From Candidatus Dojkabacteria bacterium (GTDB taxonomy: Bacteria; Patescibacteriota; Dojkabacteria; JAFGLO01): a stretch of 53,449 bases of DNA. Positions 8,874 through 16,969 of this stretch are shown one piece after another. How positions within the stretch are numbered: the first letter of the stretch is position 1; each line of letters begins with the position of its first letter. Under the pieces are notes generated by a model. That model worked only from the letters and a program-made list of their open reading frames with translations, had not been told where the DNA came from and ran no database searches. The position numbers were made by a program, and so were the translations under genes. The stretch spans positions 1 to 53,449 of the forward strand of contig DAOOWV010000003.1 in NCBI GenBank assembly GCA_035371485.1. Direction: 5' to 3'.

Positions 8874-9218
8874 TTAACAGATCTTTTTCAATTTCTTAAT
8901 GGATGAAACCAGTAATCTGATAATTTCAGAATTATTCTCCTTTAATTTTTGAAGTTTTCTCAAACTATAGTGTCTTTCTTCCAATAACTCTATCCAATAC
9001 TCACTTTTAACTGCCTCCTTTAATCCTATTGCAAGCTTATGAATATAATCCTTCTTCGTTTCAGCATAAACAGATTCAGCGATATTCGCACCTATTGCAG
9101 TAACACTCCTTATTATTTGATTAGATATAACAAATTCTCTTTGATTTTGTAGATCATCAAACACTTCAAATACCAACAATGAAAGTTTTTTAGATCTTTC
9201 TTTCAGAAAATTTTTCAT
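8874..9218 (-). CDS. four-helix-bundle protein (Avd-like family), copy 2
   Basis: IIRSVTAIGANIAESVYAETKKDYIHKLAIGLKEAVKSEYWIELL carries the same family motifs as 7721..8077 and 21817..22185. Confidence 0.8.
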   Translation of the reverse strand: MKNFLKERSKKLSLLVFEVFDDLQNQREFVISNQIIRSVTAIGANIAESVYAETKKDYIHKLAIGLKEAVKSEYWIELLEERHYSLRKLQKLKENNSEIIRLLVSSIKKLKKIC

Positions 9219-9348
9219 AAAACTTGTATAATAAAGGATAGATTATTAATTATCAATTATTAATTATAATATACACAAAATTTAATAGTATAATCAACGT
9301 AAAAATGTAAACATGAGGTTATTTTTTCAATTTCGAAAATTAAAAATT

Positions 9349-9383
9349 CACTTATTACTCGTTACTTATTACTTGTTACTTAA
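9349..9383. repeat. degenerate heptamer array, 5 units, abutting and overlapping the dnaE stop codon
   Basis: CACTTAT TACTCGT TACTTAT TACTTGT TACTTAA. Confidence 0.7.
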
Positions 9384-12300
9384 CTAACAAGACAGCATTT
9401 GTATCCATCACACCAGTCTCCAACCGAAATCCCACTTTTAACTTCAACAGTCATCGGTTCGTTTTCTGTTTCAATTTCTATTAATACTTTTGTGTCTCCA
9501 GGATTTTGAGCAATCAATTCCTTTAGCTTCAATAACTCATCTTTAGAAAATTGTTTAGGTATTGAAATTTTTAATAGATTATCTGAAACTTTTTTATCTT
9601 CTTTGGGTTTAACCTTGTACTTTTCCAAGACTTCTGGTGTTATTTCTTTTATCTGATCAGCTAATAAAGTAAACTCATCATTTCTTTCATTGATTTTTCC
9701 ACGTACAACAATTAGTCCTCCTGATTTCAAAAGAGAAGAATACTTCTCATAGATCTTTGGAAAAATAACAACTTCAACAAATCCATCTAAATCTTCAAGT
9801 TTCACAAAAGCCATTGGATCGCCATTTTTTGTAGAATTTTTTTTAATATTATTTATCTGCCCAAGTATGGTAACAGACTTGTTTTTTTGTTCTTTTCCTA
9901 CAGAAAGTGTAGTTTGTAATTTATACTTTTCTACAAAACCGGTAGCCGAAATTAAAGGATGTTCTGTAATATAAATTCCGATAAGATCCTTTTCCCACTG
10001 TATTTTCTGTGTATTGGGAGTTATTATTGTTGATGGTAATGGGGTTTTATTAATAATTTTCTTTTCTTCACCCTTCCCTCCACCAAAAAGCGTACACATC
10101 CCAGCCATTTTTTGCTCTTGTTCATCTCGATATTTTTTATATAACGCAGGTAAAACCTGAAGTAATGCCCCTCTGTCCCCAAATTCATCTAAAGCCCCAA
10201 CTTGAATCAATAATTCAAATGTTTTTACGGGTACTTCAACAAGTTTCAAATCATGCAAGAGATGATCTAAAGATTCAAAAATTAATCCTTTTTCTCTTCT
10301 GATGTCAACAATATTTTCTACGCTTTTTCTACTTATTCCTTTAATTGCCCCTAGACCAATTCTAATATTGGTTTTATCCTCAATCGAATATTCTAGTTGA
10401 CTTTTGTTAATATCAGGAGGAAGCACATTAATTCCTTTATGTACACATTCTTCAAGTACCTTAGTAATCATATCTTTATCTCCTATTTCCGTTTTCAACA
10501 ATGCTGCAACAAATTCAACTTCAAAGTAAGTTTTTAACCAACTAGTATAATATGTTATTAGCGCATAAGATGCGGCATGTGCTTGATTAAAGGCATAATT
10601 CGTAAATGGAATAAAAAGTTCAAAAAGTTTGTTAGCATTTTCTTCAGTCATACCATGCTCTACAAATCGAGTTATCAATTCTTCCTTCATTTCAAAAAGA
10701 ACATCAGGCTTTTTCTTACCTGTCGCTTTTCTAACTTTATCAGCTTCTCCCCAATCCATCCCAGCTAATTCAATTACCGCTTTAATAATATCTTCCTGAT
10801 AAACTAATACTCCAAAAGATCTTGATAAAAACTTTTCCATTCTAGGATCTAGATACTCTATTGGTTTTTTACCTTCTTTTCTCATGGCGTACTCTTTTTG
10901 ATACTGGTTTGGTCCAGGTCGAACTAGAGCGTTAACTGCTGATAAATCAAAAATAGTTTCTGGTTTGATAGTACGTATCGTCTGTTTCATTACGTCACTT
11001 TCAAGTTGAAAAATCCCAAGTGTATCAAGTTTACAGACCGTTTGATAAACTTTATTATCATCAAGTTTTATATCCTCAAGAGATATGTCTACCTCACGAC
11101 TTTCTTTGACAAGTCGGATTGTTTCTCTAATAGTATCAAGATTTGTTAGCCCAAGAAAATCAACCTTTATAAGCTTGAGCTCTTCGATATCATCCATAGT
11201 ATACTGTGTTACCATCCTACCAGAATCTTTATCAACAACTACAGGAACATAGTCTGTAATTGGAGCAGGAGTCACCAAAATACCACAGGCATGAATTCCA
11301 ATATTTCTGGCTTTACCTTCTATTTGTTTTGCTACATCTATTAATTGTCCCGCATTCGGGTCTTTTTCAATAAGTTGTTTCAACTCACTTACGGCTTCAA
11401 TGGCTGATTTAATCGTAACTTTTTTCAAACCTTGTCCTGATGTAGGAATTAATTTTGCAATATTATCCACATAGTCTAGAGGTAAGTCCAAAACTCTACC
11501 TGCATCTCTTATTGAACCTCTAGCCTGCATTCTTCCAAAAGTTACAATATGAGCTACACGATCTTCACCATGTTTTTGAATGGTATATTTAACTAATTCA
11601 TCTCTCACAGACGCAGCAACATCAAGATCAATATCAGGAGCCTTAGGTCTCAATGGGTTAAGAAACCTCTCAAAGTTCAGACTAAAATTTAAAGGATTTG
11701 CATTAACGACTCCAGTAGCAAATGCTACGAAACTTCCCGCTGCAGAGCCTCTTGTTGTAAAGGGAATATCTCTTTCGATCATCCAGTCTGTAAATTCACT
11801 AACCATAAGCATATACGAAGAAAAACCCTTCTCAGCAAAAATATTCAATTCGTAATCTAACCTTTTACTTTCTTCCTCATTCAACTCTCTTCCAAGTCTT
11901 GTTTGAGCGCGTTGAAATGATAAATCATGCAAATATTTATCAGCATTCTTATTGTATTCCGATGGAATATCAGCTACTGGTAAAATCCAATCCTTATTCA
12001 TAATATCGACATTACACAAATCACTAATTCGAGCAGTATTTGCAACAGCTTCCTTTATTTCATCTGAATTTCCGAAAAAATCCAATACTTGATCCTCTTT
12101 CCATAAATAGAAATCAGGAGTAGCAACCATCGTAAGTCTGTCAGTATCTTTAATTTTTTTCTTGGTGTTTATAGCTAATAGTACATCTTGGGTAAAAGCA
12201 TCTTGTTCTGTAGGATAATGTGCATCAGTAGCAACTGTAAGGGGAATTCCGGTATCTTTTGATAACTGCATCAGTCTTTTATTAACAATTTCTTGTTCTT

Positions 12301-12835
12301 TCATACGATTGGGCTGTAGTTCAAGGTAATAATTTCCTTTCCCAAACAGTTTTTCATATTTCATTGCAAGTTCAGTAGCCTCTTTTATTTTCTTATTATA
12401 AAGTAGTCTTGGAATTTGTCCTCCCAAACACGCCGTTGTAGCTATTAATCCTTCATGAAATGTCTCAAGAAGTTCAAAATCTATTCTGGGTTTGTAATAA
12501 AAGCCTTCAGTATTAGCTAAAGATACCAATTTTATAAGATTTTGGTAACCTGTCCTATCCTTTGCAAGCAAAACAAGGTGATATTGATCATCATCCATTT
12601 TGGCAACTTTATCGTGTCTTGAACGCTGAGCTACGTAGACTTCAGAACCAACTATTGGTTTAATACCTGCACGTTGAGCAGTATTGAAAAATTTAAAAAT
12701 ACCAAACATTGAGCCATGATCAGTAAGTGCAATAGATGACATCTTGTTTTCAACCGCCATGTCTACAATTTGGTTGACGGAAGAGAGTCCGTCCAGTAAA
12801 GAATACTCGCTGTGTACATGCAGATGAGTGAACAC
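9380..12835 (-). CDS. dnaE: DNA polymerase III alpha subunit
   Basis: 1151 aa. PHP domain start FTHLHVHSEYSLLDG, polymerase core, and C-terminal OB region. GTG start at 12835. Confidence 0.95.
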   Translation of the reverse strand: MFTHLHVHSEYSLLDGLSSVNQIVDMAVENKMSSIALTDHGSMFGIFKFFNTAQRAGIKPIVGSEVYVAQRSRHDKVAKMDDDQYHLVLLAKDRTGYQNLIKLVSLANTEGFYYKPRIDFELLETFHEGLIATTACLGGQIPRLLYNKKIKEATELAMKYEKLFGKGNYYLELQPNRMKEQEIVNKRLMQLSKDTGIPLTVATDAHYPTEQDAFTQDVLLAINTKKKIKDTDRLTMVATPDFYLWKEDQVLDFFGNSDEIKEAVANTARISDLCNVDIMNKDWILPVADIPSEYNKNADKYLHDLSFQRAQTRLGRELNEEESKRLDYELNIFAEKGFSSYMLMVSEFTDWMIERDIPFTTRGSAAGSFVAFATGVVNANPLNFSLNFERFLNPLRPKAPDIDLDVAASVRDELVKYTIQKHGEDRVAHIVTFGRMQARGSIRDAGRVLDLPLDYVDNIAKLIPTSGQGLKKVTIKSAIEAVSELKQLIEKDPNAGQLIDVAKQIEGKARNIGIHACGILVTPAPITDYVPVVVDKDSGRMVTQYTMDDIEELKLIKVDFLGLTNLDTIRETIRLVKESREVDISLEDIKLDDNKVYQTVCKLDTLGIFQLESDVMKQTIRTIKPETIFDLSAVNALVRPGPNQYQKEYAMRKEGKKPIEYLDPRMEKFLSRSFGVLVYQEDIIKAVIELAGMDWGEADKVRKATGKKKPDVLFEMKEELITRFVEHGMTEENANKLFELFIPFTNYAFNQAHAASYALITYYTSWLKTYFEVEFVAALLKTEIGDKDMITKVLEECVHKGINVLPPDINKSQLEYSIEDKTNIRIGLGAIKGISRKSVENIVDIRREKGLIFESLDHLLHDLKLVEVPVKTFELLIQVGALDEFGDRGALLQVLPALYKKYRDEQEQKMAGMCTLFGGGKGEEKKIINKTPLPSTIITPNTQKIQWEKDLIGIYITEHPLISATGFVEKYKLQTTLSVGKEQKNKSVTILGQINNIKKNSTKNGDPMAFVKLEDLDGFVEVVIFPKIYEKYSSLLKSGGLIVVRGKINERNDEFTLLADQIKEITPEVLEKYKVKPKEDKKVSDNLLKISIPKQFSKDELLKLKELIAQNPGDTKVLIEIETENEPMTVEVKSGISVGDWCDGYKCCLVS

Positions 12836-12870
12836 GATAACTAAGTAATAAGTTACAAGTAATAAAACTC
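12836..12870. repeat. degenerate heptamer array, 5 units, abutting the dnaE start; inverted copy of the 9349-9383 family
   Basis: GATAACT AAGTAAT AAGTTAC AAGTAAT AAAACTC. ACAAGTAATAA (12855-12865) is the exact reverse complement of TTATTACTTGT (9366-9376). Confidence 0.7.
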
Positions 12871-12989
12871 TCCCCAGCCTTACCTACTTAAGATAAACAC
12901 GAAACAAAAAGAAAAATCGAATTCTTGTTACCTATACCTGGTACTTACCATTTAATAAGTCTAGTCTAATTTTTTATACATTGCAAGCT

Positions 12990-13889
12990 TCATTCTCTCA
13001 AAGTTTCAATGTCCCCATTTACAATTTTTAAGACTTTAGAAGACTTTCCGAGTACTTTTATCTGCTGATCTTTGAACACCAACTCGACCTTATCAATGAT
13101 ATTATTAGAAATATCGGTAAATTTGACTGGAGGCATCTGCCCTGAAAAGTTTGCAGATGTAGCAACAATAGGTTCTCCTAATTCCTCAATTACTTTACAA
13201 ATCCAATCATAATTTGGCATTCTTACACCTATTGATTTATCCTGCTTATTTAAAACTCTTGGTGGATAAAATTTATGATCAGCAACCGGAACAATAATCG
13301 TTACAGCCCCTGGCCAATAAGTATTTACCAACCTTTTTACCGACTCATATTCCTGTGAATCTCGAGCTATTCTATTTCCAATAATCTCAAAGATTTGATC
13401 TTTTGACGCAATAAGCACTGCTGTTGGTTTAGTAGCAGGTCTTTTTTTTATTCGATATAAGGCCTGAACAGCAACTTTACTATACAGCCGACAACCCACA
13501 CCATACACAGTATCTGTCGGGAAAATAATAACTTTATTACGTTGAAGAGCTTCAACAGCTATTTCAACAGATCTCTTATTAGTAACTTGAACTATCTTAT
13601 GTTCTCTTTTTAATTCTTTTAATTTCCAAAGAAAAAGTGCCGTTGGATTTGTACAACTTTTGTAATCAATAACAAACCTCATTGCTTGTTCAAGCAGTTC
13701 AACTCTCTCCTGCTTTGCCATACGCATATAGATCGGAGCATTTTTAGTATCATTTAATTTCTGAGCAATCTCAAAACCTAATCTCTGATTTTCACGAACC
13801 TGAGGTCTCTTTTTTTTCTCATCAAAATATTGAGCCATCAAGGAATCAATTTTTTCCAAATGCAGTTTCTGAAATTTTAAATTGTACAA
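12990..13889 (-). CDS. tsaC: L-threonylcarbamoyladenylate synthase (YrdC/Sua5 domain) with ~95-aa N-terminal extension
   Basis: The C-terminal 200 aa carry VIIFPTDTVYGVGCRL...LYRIKKRPATKPTAVLI...GVRMP...PIVATSANFSGQ. TTG start in the track; an alternative ATG lies at residue 18. Confidence 0.75.
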   Translation of the reverse strand: MYNLKFQKLHLEKIDSLMAQYFDEKKKRPQVRENQRLGFEIAQKLNDTKNAPIYMRMAKQERVELLEQAMRFVIDYKSCTNPTALFLWKLKELKREHKIVQVTNKRSVEIAVEALQRNKVIIFPTDTVYGVGCRLYSKVAVQALYRIKKRPATKPTAVLIASKDQIFEIIGNRIARDSQEYESVKRLVNTYWPGAVTIIVPVADHKFYPPRVLNKQDKSIGVRMPNYDWICKVIEELGEPIVATSANFSGQMPPVKFTDISNNIIDKVELVFKDQQIKVLGKSSKVLKIVNGDIETLRE

Positions 13890-14016
13890 ATTGTACTTAG
13901 TGATTAGCTATTTCTTCCTCATAACTTCAAACTCATATCATATTACCACTTATCATCCCCGCCTGCCTGTCCTTATTTATATGGTCGGGCGGGCAGGTAT
14001 CACTTCTCATTTAATA

Positions 14017-15396
14017 TCAATTAAGCATTTCTCTTTTTATTTTTCCCCTTATCCTATCAACTTTCTCTCTTAATCCAAAATCATTTTGTAATATTTTTTC
14101 AATTTTTTCAACAGCATGTAAAACTGTCGTGTGATCAGTACGCTTTAAATAACTAGCTGTATCTTCAAGTTTATAGCCTAAATCATGACGAATAATATAC
14201 ATTGCTATTTGTCTAGGAATTGATATTTGCTTCTTTCTTGATTTACCACGTAAATCTGATGTTTTAAGGTTAAATTCTTTTGATACTTCCGAAATTACCA
14301 TCGCTGGGTTTACTTTTTTTCTTTTTTGATCTATATCTTTTTTTAATAATTCTTGAACTTCACTCGGGGTTGGAACCACCCCTGTAACACTTTTTTGAGT
14401 ATAAATACGATTTAATGCTCCTTCTAATTCACGAATATTTGATTCAACGTATTGAGCAATTGTAACAATTATTTCTTCTGGAAGATAAATCATTAATTGT
14501 TCAGCTTTCTTCTTCAAAATTGCAATCCGCATTTCAAATGTTGGAGGTTGAATATCTGCCACCATTCCCCCTTCAAACCTTGACTTAAGCCTATCCATCA
14601 AATTGGAAATTTCTGAAGGAGGTCGATCTGAGGCAAATACTATTTGTTTATTAGCAAGATAAATTTCATTAAAAGTATGAAAAAGCTCATTTTGAGTTTC
14701 CTGCCAGTTTGAAATAAATTGGATATCATCAATAATTAATAGATCTAAACTTCTGTATTTTTCGCGAAATGATGAAGTTTTACCTCCTCTAATTGCTTCA
14801 ACCATTTCATTCAAAAAACGTTCACTAGAACAATAGTAACATGTTTTACTTCTATCATCTAACAACATTCTATTTCCGATTGCCTGCATCAAATGTGTTT
14901 TCCCTAGTCCAACACCTCCATAAATAAATAATGGATTATAAATTCCACCAACCCTTCCAGCAACTGCCTCAGCTGCCGCATGTGCTAACCTATTTGACGG
15001 ACCAACTATAAAACTTTCGAAGTTATACCTATTATTAAGATTTGATTCAAAACCTTGAGATTGGGTACTCACTGCAGAGGCCCCATTAAAAAGTGATTTT
15101 TCAGTTTTCTTCTGCTTTTTTGAACCAGCTGCTCCTTTCACACTTACTGCTTTATCAATAATAAAAGTAACAGTAACGTCTTGATTAGTAATTTCACTAA
15201 TAGTATCACATAACAATTTTTTATAATTATTATCCATCCATTCTCGTACAAATGAATCAGCACAACCTATTACTACAACTCCATTATTGAATTTTTGCAG
15301 AGAAGCTCTTTTAAACCACGTACTAATTGCAGCAGGAGGCACTTTTGAGGAAACTTTATCTACAACGAAATCCCAAGAAATTGTAGTTTCATTCAT
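14017..15396 (-). CDS. dnaA: chromosomal replication initiator protein DnaA
   Basis: Walker A GGVGLGKTHL, Walker B LLIIDDIQF, sensor and box VII regions, and C-terminal DNA-binding domain (RQIAMYIIRHDL...DHTTVLHAVEKI). Confidence 0.95.
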   Translation of the reverse strand: MNETTISWDFVVDKVSSKVPPAAISTWFKRASLQKFNNGVVVIGCADSFVREWMDNNYKKLLCDTISEITNQDVTVTFIIDKAVSVKGAAGSKKQKKTEKSLFNGASAVSTQSQGFESNLNNRYNFESFIVGPSNRLAHAAAEAVAGRVGGIYNPLFIYGGVGLGKTHLMQAIGNRMLLDDRSKTCYYCSSERFLNEMVEAIRGGKTSSFREKYRSLDLLIIDDIQFISNWQETQNELFHTFNEIYLANKQIVFASDRPPSEISNLMDRLKSRFEGGMVADIQPPTFEMRIAILKKKAEQLMIYLPEEIIVTIAQYVESNIRELEGALNRIYTQKSVTGVVPTPSEVQELLKKDIDQKRKKVNPAMVISEVSKEFNLKTSDLRGKSRKKQISIPRQIAMYIIRHDLGYKLEDTASYLKRTDHTTVLHAVEKIEKILQNDFGLREKVDRIRGKIKREMLN

Positions 15397-15652
15397 GTTA
15401 TTTCTAACGTGATATTATAAGTAGGGCAATTTACTGGGACTAGTTTACCACACGTGTGGATAAGTTACAAGAGACAAGAGGTGATAAGTGATAGGTAAGA
15501 AGTGATAGGTGAAAAACTAACCAGCAAAATAACTTTAATAGATAATAACTAAATTCTACCTAGTTCACAAATCAAAGCCTGTCGTTTTTTTGCAAATGTG
15601 ATAAACTATAATTTAGATAATCACTTTACATTTTATTTTTTATACACAACTT
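15397..15652. promoter_or_regulatory. candidate oriC / dnaA control region
   Basis: Perfect DnaA box TGTGGATAA (15455-15463) is embedded in a 12-bp palindrome CCACACGTGTGG (15448-15459). The left arm of that palindrome gives TTTACCACA. A one-mismatch box TTATACACA lies at 15640-15648, and 15590-15650 is an AT-rich stretch. Confidence 0.5.
15467..15515. repeat. degenerate heptamer tandem array, 7 units
   Basis: ACAAGAG ACAAGAG GTGATAA GTGATAG GTAAGAA GTGATAG GTGAAAA, verified by coordinates. Confidence 0.8.
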
Positions 15653-16360
15653 ATGAATTATCTAATTCTTGTCCGACACGGACTTTCAATGTGGAACTTA
15701 ACAAACAAATTCAGTGGATGGGTTGATATGCCGTTAAGTGAAAGAGGGGTACTTGAAGCCCAATTGTGTGCTGAAGACCTTAAGGCTCTTAAAATAGACG
15801 TTGCCTACACATCGGAGCTAAGAAGAGCACAGCAAACACTTTTAACAATTCTTTCAAAACAAAACAGGACTGGAATATTTTTACATAGAGATACCAATAA
15901 ACATAATTGGCTTCAAAACTCAAATAAATTCGATAAAAACGAAATCCCAGTATATTATTCAATGGCTTTAAATGAAAGATATTATGGAGAATTACAAGGT
16001 ATGGACAAAGATGAAGCAAGAAGAAAGTTTGGTGAAAAAAATGTATTAGCCTGGAGGCGAGGTTACGCTGATAAACCACCTCATGGAGAAAGTCTTAAAG
16101 ATGTTTATAATCGTTGTGTTCCATACTTCAGGGCCAGAGCATTAAAAGATGTAACAAATGGGAAAAATGTAATTGTTTGTGCTCACGGAAACACATTAAG
16201 AGCAATAATTAAGAATTTGGAAAATATTTCAGATGAGAAAATAGTAAGTCTTGAATTCCCTATGGCAAGACCTATAATTTATAAAACCAAAGGAGAATCA
16301 CTTGAAAGATTGGATAACGGATTATCTTTTGATAGAAAAGTATATTGGGAAAAGATGTAG
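15653..16360 (+). CDS. gpmA: 2,3-bisphosphoglycerate-dependent phosphoglycerate mutase (histidine phosphatase family)
   Basis: LILVRHGLSMWNLTNKFSGWVDMPLSERG is the catalytic RHG motif. Also ...ERYYGELQG...VCAHGNTLRA. Confidence 0.85.
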   Translation: MNYLILVRHGLSMWNLTNKFSGWVDMPLSERGVLEAQLCAEDLKALKIDVAYTSELRRAQQTLLTILSKQNRTGIFLHRDTNKHNWLQNSNKFDKNEIPVYYSMALNERYYGELQGMDKDEARRKFGEKNVLAWRRGYADKPPHGESLKDVYNRCVPYFRARALKDVTNGKNVIVCAHGNTLRAIIKNLENISDEKIVSLEFPMARPIIYKTKGESLERLDNGLSFDRKVYWEKM

Positions 16361-16494
16361 ATTTTAAATTACAAATAATAAGTGATACGTGATAAGTAGT
16401 AATGTGGTTTAGAAATAGTAAATAAACCTTATGAAGCAAACAGTATAATCTAATCTTAGCAAGGATAACTTTTACCAGTTCAATTTTATACTTA

Positions 16495-16941
16495 TTAACT
16501 CGCTTTCTTGGCTTCCTCAATAAACATATCAATATCATGTATAAAAGCATTTACTACCTCTTCCCAAATGGCATCAGCCATATCTTCCATATTCATACCT
16601 GTTTTCTTTTCCATCAAAGCAGATAGAAGTTCTGCACTCTGCAAAGGCTCTAATTCGACAAATGCTTTTGAAACTTTATCTAGCTCTTCATCTGTGAATT
16701 TTTTAACGACTTCACTCATTAAGTAAAGATTTGCAAGAGCCATAGCTTGTTTTACAACTTCTTCATGCAATTCTTTTGTCACACCTTTTTCAACTAATTT
16801 GGCAATTAGTTTATCAGTAACTGTTTGTTGTTGTGCCAATCCACTTTGTTGAAATACTTGAACAAAAGCATTCTGTTCTTCTTCTGTCATAGCTACTCCA
16901 ATTTGTTGTTGAAGTGCTTGATTTACTTGATTTAAATCCAT
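16495..16941 (-). CDS. hypothetical acidic helical protein (member of the island small-protein family)
   Basis: 148 aa, Glu/Asp/Gln-rich. Carries FTDEELDKVSKAFVEL, a motif shared with four other small ORFs. Lies directly downstream of the 1003-aa ORF. Confidence 0.6.
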   Translation of the reverse strand: MDLNQVNQALQQQIGVAMTEEEQNAFVQVFQQSGLAQQQTVTDKLIAKLVEKGVTKELHEEVVKQAMALANLYLMSEVVKKFTDEELDKVSKAFVELEPLQSAELLSALMEKKTGMNMEDMADAIWEEVVNAFIHDIDMFIEEAKKAS

Positions 16942-16969
16942 ATATTTGGGCAGTTAAATTAAATTCTAC

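Noticed and set aside
13958-13997. GC-rich island downstream of dnaA (CCCCGCCTGCCTGTCC ... TCGGGCGGGCAGG) as a hairpin terminator
   Set aside because: The two arms contain complementary hexamers (CCTGCC/GGCAGG, CCCGCC/GGCGGG), but in the wrong order for a continuous stem. Only about 6 bp can pair across a 24-nt loop.
15448-15459. CCACACGTGTGG palindrome as a parS site, and a search for parS near parAB
   Set aside because: Only the CACGTG core matches the TGTTNCACGTGAAACA consensus; the flanks do not. I saw no consensus parS anywhere in the window, including around 41858-43600.
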